Shown: positions 18,069 through 26,933 of the stretch, piece by piece | How positions within the stretch are numbered: position 1 is the stretch's first letter | How the letters are laid out: every line of letters starts with the position of its first letter | The notes under the pieces: model-generated | Told to the model about the DNA's origin: nothing | Seen by the model: the letters and a program-made list of their open reading frames with translations, nothing else | Databases searched by the model: none | Position numbers and translations under genes: made by a program | DNA from: an uncultured Bacteroidota bacterium | GTDB taxonomy: Bacteria > Bacteroidota > Ignavibacteria > Kryptoniales > JAKASW01 | Direction of reading: 5' to 3' | Assembly: GCA_963704305.1 (NCBI GenBank) | Contig: OY969888.1 | Coordinates: forward strand, 27,168-91,167 | Length of the DNA stretch: 64,000 nt

Positions 18069-19562
18069 ATGAACGACAGAAAATTTCCGGATCTTTTCTA
18101 CAACCCTATCAGCATGGTAGGAGTCGTGATAGCCGCGGTCACCTTCGGTTCTATTCTCCTTCTGATGCTCTTCGATGCAGTGTGGAGCTCTTTCCCTCCG
18201 TATTTTGGAATCGTCACATACATTCTACTGCCGAGCGTTCTCATACTAGGTCTGATAATCATCCCAATCGGCGCATTGATCGAGCGCAAGAAGTGGAGAA
18301 GAGCCGCCGCAGCTGGCATTCCTCCTCTTCCAAGAATAGACCTCAATGATGCGCGACAGCGAACAGCCTTTCTCCTCTTTTCGACAGGGACGCTGCTCCT
18401 CATGATCTTCACCGCAATCGGCGGATACAAGGCGTTCGACATCACCGAGTCAGTATCTTTCTGCGGAAAAGTCTGTCACACTGTAATGAACCCGGAATAT
18501 ACGACCTACACGAATTCGCCTCACGCGCGTGTCGCATGCGTCCAATGCCATGTTGGTCCTGGTGCAAGCTGGTACGTCAGATCCAAACTCTCGGGTGCAT
18601 ATCAAGTGTACTCTGTTATCTTTCACAAATACCCGCAACCAATTCCGACACCGATAAAGAACTTGCGCCCTGCGAGAGAGACATGCGAGCAGTGCCACTG
18701 GCCCCAATCATTCGTAGGCGAGCGCAGGATCACAAAAGCGTATTACCTCGAAGATTCTACGAACACGCGATGGACACTCGATATGCTGATCAGGATCGGC
18801 AGAAGCACTTCCGGTGAGCCTCAGCGACCACCGGTGCACTGGCATGTAACACACACAGTCGAATACCTGCCGGCCGACTCCGCTTCCGAAAATATTCCGT
18901 GGGTGCGCGTCATGGATTCGAAGGGCAAGAGCGAAGTGTTCGCAACAGACAACAATCCTTTCACACCTGACTCGATTAAGAAAGTAACCGTCAAGACTAT
19001 GGATTGTATGGACTGTCACAACCGACCAACTCATGTCATCAAGACCCCCGGTGACGCGGTGAATGATGCCATGGCAAGCGGAGCCATCAGCCCGACCCTC
19101 CCGTGGATCAAGCAGGCATCTGTCAACGCACTCGTTCCAAAGTACACAAACACGAAGGATGCACTGGATAGCATCGCGCTCGCAGTTCAGTCTTTTTACA
19201 AAGACAAGTATCCTGTTGTGGCTGAACAAAGAACTTCAGACATAAAGGAAGCGGTTGCGTCATTGCAATCGATCTACCAGCGAAATTTCTTCCCTTATAT
19301 GAGAGTTGACTGGCGAGCTTATGCAAACAATATCGGACATGAGAATTATTTAGGCTGCTTCAGATGTCACGACGGCAACCACAAGTCCGCGGACGGACAA
19401 GCCATCCCGAACAAATGCGAGACGTGCCATACAATTCTCTCGCAGGGGACAAATCCCCCCGAAGAGGTCAATCTCACCGGCGTTGAGTTCCAACATCCAA
19501 CCGACATTGGCGATGCGTGGAAGCAGGGACTCTGCACCGATTGCCATGATGGAACACAATAG
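18069..19562 (+). CDS. membrane-anchored heptahaem c-type cytochrome, NapC/NirT-related (ImcH-like architecture)
   Basis: Three N-terminal TM helices, then 7 CxxCH motifs: CGKVCH, CVQCH, CEQCH, CMDCH, CFRCH, CETCH, CTDCH. Confidence 0.85.
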   Translation: MNDRKFPDLFYNPISMVGVVIAAVTFGSILLLMLFDAVWSSFPPYFGIVTYILLPSVLILGLIIIPIGALIERKKWRRAAAAGIPPLPRIDLNDARQRTAFLLFSTGTLLLMIFTAIGGYKAFDITESVSFCGKVCHTVMNPEYTTYTNSPHARVACVQCHVGPGASWYVRSKLSGAYQVYSVIFHKYPQPIPTPIKNLRPARETCEQCHWPQSFVGERRITKAYYLEDSTNTRWTLDMLIRIGRSTSGEPQRPPVHWHVTHTVEYLPADSASENIPWVRVMDSKGKSEVFATDNNPFTPDSIKKVTVKTMDCMDCHNRPTHVIKTPGDAVNDAMASGAISPTLPWIKQASVNALVPKYTNTKDALDSIALAVQSFYKDKYPVVAEQRTSDIKEAVASLQSIYQRNFFPYMRVDWRAYANNIGHENYLGCFRCHDGNHKSADGQAIPNKCETCHTILSQGTNPPEEVNLTGVEFQHPTDIGDAWKQGLCTDCHDGTQ

Positions 19563-19639
19563 GAACTCAAATGTCAAAGGTCAAGAGTCAAAAGCAAAAA
19601 CGATTCTGATTCAGTTTTGATTTTTGAGCTGTAGGTTTT

Positions 19640-19712
19640 CCCGAACAGGAGGTTCGGGATCCCGATCATCACAGGACGTGAATTGTGATCGGGAGACTTT
19701 TGATTTTTGACC
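19640..19712 (+). terminator. double hairpin plus T-runs between convergent genes
   Basis: CCCGAAC-aggag-GTTCGGG (19640-19658) and TCCCGATCA...TGATCGGGA (19660-19694), followed by GACTTTTGATTTTTG. Confidence 0.6.
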
Positions 19713-19721
19713 TACTGATAA

Positions 19722-20276
19722 TTATCTCTGAATTTTCGAAACGGCTTTCCGGATCACCAAATAGAGAGCCGCGATGATCGCCGATGTTATTATTCCCCAA
19801 AGAAGACCCTGGCGAAAACTCGCAAACGATTTCATCAGATGAGTTGAAAAGAAAGCTCCCGCTTCCGTGAAGAACCAGGCCCATAAGAATGCACCAACAA
19901 TATTGTAGATCACAAATATTCCCAGTCCAACCCTGTAAACACCGAGGGTGATCGGAACAATATTACGGATGCCGTAAAAGAACCGCGCGATAAGCATAAG
20001 GGGCGACCCGTATCGTCGGACCACACGCGATGTAGCCTCCACCTTCGAACCGAAATTATTTCTCAAGAAGTGCCACTTGTTCCATAGAACTTTTCCCGCA
20101 TAGTAATAAAACATATTGCCGATGAAAGACGCAACAGTTCCAAGCGCCACGACTCCGGCCAGCGCAACCGATCCGGTCCGGGCGAGCGCAACACCAGCGA
20201 ACAATCCGAACTCGCCACTGAACGCAACGGTCAGGAAGACCGTCACGTAACCGTTATGCTGGATGAACTGCTCCAC
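19722..20276 (-). CDS. DedA-family membrane protein
   Basis: 184 aa, polytopic, with the DedA/SNARE-associated pattern (RFFYGIRNIVPITLG). Confidence 0.8.
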   Translation of the reverse strand: MEQFIQHNGYVTVFLTVAFSGEFGLFAGVALARTGSVALAGVVALGTVASFIGNMFYYYAGKVLWNKWHFLRNNFGSKVEATSRVVRRYGSPLMLIARFFYGIRNIVPITLGVYRVGLGIFVIYNIVGAFLWAWFFTEAGAFFSTHLMKSFASFRQGLLWGIITSAIIAALYLVIRKAVSKIQR

Positions 20277-20377
20277 TATGTAACTTACGACATCAGCAGG
20301 ATAAACTTCAATTTGAAGCCGCTCGTCTATTCCCGGTTAACTTGAATCTCCTGGAAGGCTTCTTTAGATTCAGATTG

Positions 20378-21058
20378 ATGAAAAAATTCTTTCTTGCAGT
20401 TTTCATTTTGCCTTTTGTTATCGGAGCTGGAAGCGAAGCAGTTGCGCAGAAATCGAGCGCGTTCAGGATCGCACGGTTGAAATATGACGGCGGTGGAGAC
20501 TGGTACAACGATCCGCTCGAGGAACCGACACTCCTGAAGTTCGTCAAAGACCACACTGACATCAACGTCGATGCGAATTACTACTACGTGGACATAACGA
20601 GCAACGATCTATTCACTTATCCGTTCATTTTCATGACAGGACATGGCAACATACAACTTAACGAAGAACAGGCGAAGCGTCTCCGGCAATATCTCGATGA
20701 CGGTGGTTTCCTTTATGCCGATGACGACTACGGCATGGACGCGGCGTTTCGCAGAGAAATGAAAAAAGTTTTTCCCGACAAACCTCTCGTCGAACTGCCC
20801 TTCTCATATGGACTGTACCACTGCGTTTATCAATTTCCAAACGGAGTTCCCAAAACTCACAGCTGGGACGAAAATCCCGAGAAGCCTCCGCAAGGCCTGG
20901 GAATCTTTGTCGGCGACAGGCTTGCAGTCTTTTATACCGCGGAAAGCAACGTGTCCGATGGCTGGGATCCGCCTGAAGTTCATGGCGACCCCGAATCGAA
21001 ACGACTCGAAGCTCTGGAGTTTGGAACCAATCTCGTTTACTGGGTATTAACACATTAG
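20378..21058 (+). CDS. DUF4159-domain secreted protein
   Basis: MKKFFLAVFILPF signal peptide, then RIARLKYDGGGDWYNDP...FIFMTGHG...LRQYLDDGGFLYADD. Confidence 0.8.
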   Translation: MKKFFLAVFILPFVIGAGSEAVAQKSSAFRIARLKYDGGGDWYNDPLEEPTLLKFVKDHTDINVDANYYYVDITSNDLFTYPFIFMTGHGNIQLNEEQAKRLRQYLDDGGFLYADDDYGMDAAFRREMKKVFPDKPLVELPFSYGLYHCVYQFPNGVPKTHSWDENPEKPPQGLGIFVGDRLAVFYTAESNVSDGWDPPEVHGDPESKRLEALEFGTNLVYWVLTH

Positions 21059-21061
21059 ATA

Positions 21062-21883
21062 ATGGAAGAGATTCTATCCAACGTCCCGACCTTCGGGATA
21101 ATGAATTCACTCCAGAAGATCTACAGGAGAAAGGTCCTCTCTGAAATCTTCAACGCCCTCCTCCTATCATGTTCCGTTTTCTTTGTGGCGGTCACGGTCT
21201 CATCAATACTCGAACTTGTCATCGAGTTTAGCATAACCGGAAGAGCGGTCCTCTTCTTTCTTTCCTTCGCCGCGATACTTGCACCAGTTGTCAGATACCT
21301 TTTGCCGAATCTCGCGAGATACTCCAGGCCTGCCCGGACTGAAGATGTTAGGGAAATCGCGCTCGCTGTCGGGAATGCACTCCCTGAGTTCAGGGACAGG
21401 CTGAGGAACGCGGTAGAATTACTGGCTGACGAGTCCAACAAGTACCAATCCAACGAATTGGCACGTGCGTATATAGAAAAGATATTTGAGAAGGCTTCGC
21501 ATTACAATATCGATTCCGTTCTCCGATTTAAAACTGCCAAGAGCGCCAGGCTGTCCATCGCAGTTTCGTTTGTCGCGAGTCTTGCTGCCTACTTTCTCTT
21601 CCCTTCCCAGCTCCCATCCGCATTCGCGAGAGTCGTCAACTTCACACGCAGCTATGCCTCTCCGAATGCGTACACCATCGAGGTTTCACCGGGCGACACG
21701 GAACTATCCCGGGGAGATTCTCTGAAGGTCGAAACGAAACTTGAACTCGTTACTGCGAAGCAATTTCCAACTCACATAGTCCTCAGTGAGAAATACGACA
21801 ACGAACAAGAATTCGAGAAACATCAGTTGAAAGAAACTGCCGAAGGCAGAATATCACCTCCAACTTCCAAACGTCAGAAGTGA
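21062..21883 (+). CDS. N-terminal fragment (two TM helices) of a large DUF4175-like envelope protein
   Basis: TM segments LLLSCSVFFVAVTVSSILELV and AVLFFLSFAAILAPVV. The ORF ends 1 nt before the next ORF, which continues in the +1 frame. Confidence 0.6.
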   Translation: MEEILSNVPTFGIMNSLQKIYRRKVLSEIFNALLLSCSVFFVAVTVSSILELVIEFSITGRAVLFFLSFAAILAPVVRYLLPNLARYSRPARTEDVREIALAVGNALPEFRDRLRNAVELLADESNKYQSNELARAYIEKIFEKASHYNIDSVLRFKTAKSARLSIAVSFVASLAAYFLFPSQLPSAFARVVNFTRSYASPNAYTIEVSPGDTELSRGDSLKVETKLELVTAKQFPTHIVLSEKYDNEQEFEKHQLKETAEGRISPPTSKRQK

Positions 21884-21884
21884 C

Positions 21885-23843
21885 ATGGAGTATTTCGTAA
21901 GCGTGGGGAATGAGAAAACACAAATGTACCATGTCAAAGTTGTCGATCTTCCGATCGTGCAGACTTTCACTGTAACCCTTGTGTATCCATCCTACACGCA
22001 AAAGGCCGCCGAGACACTGCAGGATAACATTGGTGACTTCTCGGCGCTTGTGGGAACACGCGCTGAGTTCGCGCTTAAGACAAATAAAGAACTGAGAGCT
22101 GCGTGGATCCTCTTCAGTGACACGACCAAGAAGATCCTAAACGTCAGCGCAACAGACGCGAGTGGAAACTTTGTCGTGAGCAAGACTGTCAAGTATACTG
22201 TTCGTCTGCTCGATGCGGACAGTTTGCGGAATCGAGATCCGATCGTCTACACAGTGCAGGCCGTGAATGACGAATTCCCAACATGCGAGATCACGTTTCC
22301 CGGAAAGGACGTCGACCTCAGCAGAGACATGCAGCTCCCGCTCAGAATCAGGATCGGAGACGACTACGGTTTCACAAAGCTGCTGCTCGAGTACAAACTC
22401 GTCAATTCAAAGTACATCCAGCCTGATAGAGATTACCGATCGATAGAGATACAGATTCCGACAAGAACGGCAGGCGATCAGGAAATCGCGTACACGTGGG
22501 ATCTGAGCTCACTCAATCTCGTACCGGAAGACGTGATAAGCTATCATGCAAAAGTCTTCGACAACGATCTGGTAAATGGACCGAAGGCGACTGCAAGCTC
22601 TGAGTATCGACTTCGCCTCCCGTCCCTTGACGAGGTTTTTGCCTCGACTGACAGCGAGCACAGCGATGTAATTTCAAATGCAGAGAATGCGCTGGATAAC
22701 TCGAGAGACTTGAAGGAGCAACTCGACAAGCTTTCTCAAGACATGAAGAGCACCACCCGGCAATTGAGCTGGGAGCAGCAAAAAAAGATGCAGAGTACCT
22801 TGCAGAAATATGAAGACCTTCAGAAGAGAGTAGACAGTGTCAGAAGCCAGGTTGAGTCCATTACACAGAAGATGCTTGAAAACAAAATCATTTCGCCCGA
22901 GACTCTTGAAAAATATCTCGAACTGCAAAAGGCTTTGCAGGAAATAAATTCACCTGAATTCCAGGATGCTCTGAAAAAGCTGCAGCAGGCGATTCAATCT
23001 GTGAGCCCGGATCAGATAAGGCAGGCACTGCAGAATTTCCAAATCAACGAAGAGGCGCTACGCCAAAGCATCGAACGCACTCTCAGCTTGATCAAGCGGG
23101 TAGAGATAGAACAGAAACTAGACGAAATCCAGAAGAGGGCGGAACAGATGCTGTCTCAACAGGATAACATACGCAATTCCACCGCCGAGTCTGACTCCAC
23201 CCAGCCCGGGAAGAGGCAACAACTTTCAGAGAATGAGAAGGAAGTTCAAAAAGAGTTTGAGAAGACGATGGAGGCGATGTCCGACCTCAAGGAGAGGATG
23301 AACGAATTCGCAAAGGAGATGCCGATCCAGAAGCTCGATGAAGCTTCGCAAAATTTGGAAAAGTCCGCCGCGCAGGAAAACATGCAAAAGTCCGCTCAGC
23401 AGCTGTCACAGGGAAAATTCTCACAGGCGATGAGTTCTCAGCAAGAAATCACTTCTGCACTCAAAGACTTTCAGAAAACTCTATCGGAAGCGCAGAAACA
23501 AATGCTGCAGAACCAACAGAGAGAAACAGTCAACGCGATGTTGAAGGCACAACAAAATCTGTTGGAGATTTCCAAAAAGCAGGAAGAGCTACGCGATCAA
23601 TCCGCAAAGACGATGCCCAATTCCGCCGAGACAAGATCTCTCTCCGACAAACAATACGAGCTGATGCAGGAACTTAATTACACCGCTCAGCAGATGATGC
23701 AGCTTTCTGACAAGAGTTTTGCCGTAACTCCGACGATGGGCCGGCAGATAGGTCAGGCTTATTCACAGATGCAACAGGCGCTAAATAATCTGCAACAGAG
23801 AACCGGTCAATCAAACTCGGGGGACCACAGAGCGAGGCCATGA
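21885..23843 (+). CDS. central fragment: beta-rich repeats followed by a long Q/E/K coiled coil
   Basis: 652 aa. Its frame is already open from 21831 (KKLPKAEYHLQLPNVRSD precedes the Met). Confidence 0.6.
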   Translation: MEYFVSVGNEKTQMYHVKVVDLPIVQTFTVTLVYPSYTQKAAETLQDNIGDFSALVGTRAEFALKTNKELRAAWILFSDTTKKILNVSATDASGNFVVSKTVKYTVRLLDADSLRNRDPIVYTVQAVNDEFPTCEITFPGKDVDLSRDMQLPLRIRIGDDYGFTKLLLEYKLVNSKYIQPDRDYRSIEIQIPTRTAGDQEIAYTWDLSSLNLVPEDVISYHAKVFDNDLVNGPKATASSEYRLRLPSLDEVFASTDSEHSDVISNAENALDNSRDLKEQLDKLSQDMKSTTRQLSWEQQKKMQSTLQKYEDLQKRVDSVRSQVESITQKMLENKIISPETLEKYLELQKALQEINSPEFQDALKKLQQAIQSVSPDQIRQALQNFQINEEALRQSIERTLSLIKRVEIEQKLDEIQKRAEQMLSQQDNIRNSTAESDSTQPGKRQQLSENEKEVQKEFEKTMEAMSDLKERMNEFAKEMPIQKLDEASQNLEKSAAQENMQKSAQQLSQGKFSQAMSSQQEITSALKDFQKTLSEAQKQMLQNQQRETVNAMLKAQQNLLEISKKQEELRDQSAKTMPNSAETRSLSDKQYELMQELNYTAQQMMQLSDKSFAVTPTMGRQIGQAYSQMQQALNNLQQRTGQSNSGDHRARP

Positions 23844-24469
23844 GCTCATTGAACCAAGCAGCGATGTCTATCCAAAACGCACTGCAAGCCATGGCGCAAG
23901 GGCAGGGCATGGGCGGATTTCCCTCGCTCATGCAACAGCTCCAGCAACTCGCGGGTCAACAGGAGGGTCTGAACGCTCTCACACTCAAGCTTGGACAGGG
24001 AGGAGCCCTTTCCATGGCGCAGCAGGCGGAACTTGCACGGCTCGCGGCACAGCAAGAGGCAATCCACAAATCGCTCGAACAACTTGGTCAAGAAGCTCAG
24101 TCCGCCGAGAGCGGACAGGTGCAGAGCGGAGTGCTTGGCAGCTTGGACCAGATATCAAGAGACATGAAGGACGTTTTGAAGGATCTGGAAGATAATAACA
24201 TCAACCCCGAAACAATCAGGCGACAGCAAAGAATACTCACACGAATGCTGGATGCCTCGCGGTCAATAAACAAACAGGATTACGACAATCGACGCCAGAG
24301 TTCCCCTGGCCAGGATATCATTACAAAGAGCCCTGAGGAACTTAATCTATCAAATGGGGGTTCAGAACTAAGTCAGGAACTTCTGAAACTGATCAGGAAA
24401 AACTTTCCTCCTGAATACCAGAAAATCATTCTACGCTACTACCAACTCGTTAAGAAGACGCCGGATTAA
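23840..24469 (+). CDS. C-terminal fragment of the same coiled-coil protein
   Basis: 209 aa. Its frame is open upstream through the G5 run at 23819-23823. The C-terminus reads FPPEYQKIILRYYQLV. Confidence 0.55.
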   Translation: MSSLNQAAMSIQNALQAMAQGQGMGGFPSLMQQLQQLAGQQEGLNALTLKLGQGGALSMAQQAELARLAAQQEAIHKSLEQLGQEAQSAESGQVQSGVLGSLDQISRDMKDVLKDLEDNNINPETIRRQQRILTRMLDASRSINKQDYDNRRQSSPGQDIITKSPEELNLSNGGSELSQELLKLIRKNFPPEYQKIILRYYQLVKKTPD

Positions 24470-24596
24470 GACTGACATCAAGTCCATTACGTGTGAGATC
24501 TTCATTTTCACGCCGTGTCAGCCTTTCGTCAAAGATTCTCGAAAAACTTCCGAAATCATAGATATGCGCGTTCTCGAATAAGAATGAAGAAAACAC

Positions 24597-25796
24597 GTGA
24601 AAGCTAAGTCAGACGTCAAAGAAGACGACAAGATCGCCTCTCCATCAACTTACGGCCTATTGCCGACTAAGATGCCATGTTTTCTATACACTGCAGAGGT
24701 TTCTCCAGATAGAGTCAGTGCCAAAAGCTGCTTTGGCGGTTTCACATCCCTGACAGGATTCCCCCTGAAAGAATTCTTCAACAAAGACCTTAACGAAAGC
24801 TCATGGATTGTGCGTGAGGAATCGGATTCACTTAGGAACTTCCGCAGCAGCCTCAATTCAAGATCAAGACTATCTAACATCAATTATCACATAGCCACGC
24901 GTAGTGGCAAGAAGCTTCCGGTGAGCGAGTATGCCGTCTTGGCGGGCGAAAATCGAGGGAAGAAGCTGATCGCCGGCATCGTGATGGTGCGAGGCAAGAC
25001 TGACAAGCCCACTCGAATTCAGATTCGCTCTCAACTCGAAAAAAACATGCTTCGCCTGGAAGAGATGGAGAGACTGAACAGACATCTGCTCGATACAAAT
25101 CAGCTGAAGGATGAGTTCCTTGCGAATACCTCGCACGAGCTGAGAACTCCGCTCAATTCGATCATCGGATTCCTCACATTAATAACCGAGGGTTATTATG
25201 ACAATGAAGACGAGCTGCGACTCTTCACTCGCAATGCGCTTGAAAGTTCATACCATCTTCTAAGTGTGATCAACGATCTGCTAGATGTCTCCAAGATGGA
25301 AGCAGGCAAGATGCAGCTATCGATCGAAAAAGTCTATGTCGAAGAGCTGGTCAACGATGCTTGCTCCCTTTTTACGGTTCAGGCGGATCAGAAAGGTCTG
25401 GAGCTGAAATCCGACATCAAGGGATCGCCGCTTTTTGCAGCGGCTGACTTGAGGAAGTTGAAACAGGTTTTGATCAACCTGCTGGGAAATGCGGTGAAGT
25501 TCACATCAGCCGGATCAGTGAATGTCGCAGCCAGAAAGCAGAACGGCGACATCCATTTCACTATCAAAGACACCGGCATTGGAATTCCTAAAGAGAGACA
25601 GGATAAACTATTTCAGAAGTTCATCCAGGTGGACGGCAGCACCACCCGCAAGTATGGAGGAACTGGATTGGGGCTGGTCATTTCCAAACACATCATAGAG
25701 AAGATGGGAGGACGGATACGGATCGAGAGCAAAGGACCGGGAAAAGGAACCACCGTTCATTTCACGGTTCCGCGGTGGACGAAGGAGGAAGATTGA
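24597..25796 (+). CDS. soluble sensor histidine kinase (PAS-like N-terminus, HisKA, HATPase_c)
   Basis: H-box FLANTSHELRTPLNSIIGF; N-box NLLGNAVKFT; G-boxes DTGIGIP and GGTGLGLVISK; no TM helix. GTG start, exact position uncertain. Confidence 0.88.
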   Translation: MKAKSDVKEDDKIASPSTYGLLPTKMPCFLYTAEVSPDRVSAKSCFGGFTSLTGFPLKEFFNKDLNESSWIVREESDSLRNFRSSLNSRSRLSNINYHIATRSGKKLPVSEYAVLAGENRGKKLIAGIVMVRGKTDKPTRIQIRSQLEKNMLRLEEMERLNRHLLDTNQLKDEFLANTSHELRTPLNSIIGFLTLITEGYYDNEDELRLFTRNALESSYHLLSVINDLLDVSKMEAGKMQLSIEKVYVEELVNDACSLFTVQADQKGLELKSDIKGSPLFAAADLRKLKQVLINLLGNAVKFTSAGSVNVAARKQNGDIHFTIKDTGIGIPKERQDKLFQKFIQVDGSTTRKYGGTGLGLVISKHIIEKMGGRIRIESKGPGKGTTVHFTVPRWTKEED

Positions 25797-26464
25797 GTTC
25801 TAGAATCATTATCGCGGACGACGACGCGAACGCGAGGATGATACTGACTCGAACGCTCACCAAGGCCGGCTTCGAGACGCGCGAAGCAAAAAACGGAAAG
25901 GAAGCGCTCGAACTTGCGAGAGATTACAGTCCCGATCTGATGATAATAGACTGGATGATGCCTGAAATGGATGGCGAACAGCTGGCGAAGTGGATAAAAA
26001 GCGATCCGAAGCTGAGATTCACTTACATAATTCTACTGACTGCTAAAGGCGATGTTAAAGACAGAGTTCACGGGTTGCAGATTGGCGCCGACGATTATAT
26101 CACTAAACCGGCTCCCCACCAAGAAATACTCGCCAGAGTGCAGAGCGGCATGCGGATGCGGGCGCTTCATAGAGAGATACAACAGCTGACAAGACGTGTA
26201 GCATTGCTGGAACTTGCAGCGACCGTCGCTCACGAGATCAACAATCCATTGAATGTCATCTACCTTGCGCTTGACCTGGTGAGGAGATATTTGAAACAGA
26301 AAGAATATGATAACATGGAGAAAGGACTGCAGCTCATTTCCCAGTCCGCAGATAAACTTAAGGATCTTGCGCGCAAGTTCGTCGAAACCCAAGATCCGCA
26401 AAGCACGAGCTACGTTGACAAGCTTAACATGATTGACATTCACAAAAAGGAAGACAAAGAGTAA
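25793..26464 (+). CDS. response-regulator receiver fused to a HisKA-like (DHp) helix pair, with no ATPase domain
   Basis: IIIADDD..., DLMIIDWMMPEMDG and LLTAKG form the REC domain. After it comes LELAATVAHEINNPLNVI (H-box-like), and the protein ends about 80 aa later. The TTG at 25793 has AGGAGG 4 nt upstream and overlaps the kinase stop (TTGA). Confidence 0.8.
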   Translation: MSSRIIIADDDANARMILTRTLTKAGFETREAKNGKEALELARDYSPDLMIIDWMMPEMDGEQLAKWIKSDPKLRFTYIILLTAKGDVKDRVHGLQIGADDYITKPAPHQEILARVQSGMRMRALHREIQQLTRRVALLELAATVAHEINNPLNVIYLALDLVRRYLKQKEYDNMEKGLQLISQSADKLKDLARKFVETQDPQSTSYVDKLNMIDIHKKEDKE

Positions 26465-26541
26465 GGCCGCTGGCCAAATCAACGGCGCCTTCCCCCGACC
26501 CCCTCAAAAATCCCGCCTAACCGAATGCCTATAGAAAAGTA

Positions 26542-26702
26542 GGAGGCTGTCCAGAAACGTTCCGCTTATCCGGGCTCAACGGGTCAGCGTCTTCATAATG
26601 TTTCCCGCAGAATCCGGACACTCACTCGGACTTGAGGCGAAATGAGAGTTGCCGTCGCAAATCATCTGGCCCGTGCGAGTCGTAAGGGCTCGGACAGCCT
26701 CC
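26542..26702. repeat. 161-nt element closed by a perfect 11-bp inverted repeat (candidate structured sRNA or MITE-like element)
   Basis: GGAGGCTGTCC at 26542-26552 and GGACAGCCTCC at 26692-26702. There is internal CGGGC/GCCCG pairing and local hairpins (TCCG..CGGA, CTCA..TGAG). It lies between convergent genes and holds no ORF. Confidence 0.35.
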
Positions 26703-26712
26703 GGCAAAAAGC

Positions 26713-26904
26713 CTACTTACCTTCTTCTTTCATTTTTTGCTTGAGCTCCTGTATCTCCTGGCGAACCGTCTGAGCAAACTTCTTCAGTTCTCCCATGTGC
26801 TTCCGCACTCTCGTTCCTGCAGCCTTGTTTTGTTTTTCGTAGAACTTGCGAAAGTCCACTTCAAAGCTGCTGACAAGCTGTTGAAGATCTTCGTACTTTC
26901 CCAT
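26713..26904 (-). CDS. histone H1-like nucleoid-associated protein
   Basis: 63 aa: FEVDFRKFYEKQNKAAGTRVRKHMGELKKFAQTVRQEI, the pattern of small FCB histone-H1-like proteins. Confidence 0.75.
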   Translation of the reverse strand: MGKYEDLQQLVSSFEVDFRKFYEKQNKAAGTRVRKHMGELKKFAQTVRQEIQELKQKMKEEGK

Positions 26905-26933
26905 GCGTGACTCCTTCGTTTTTGTTTTTAGAT

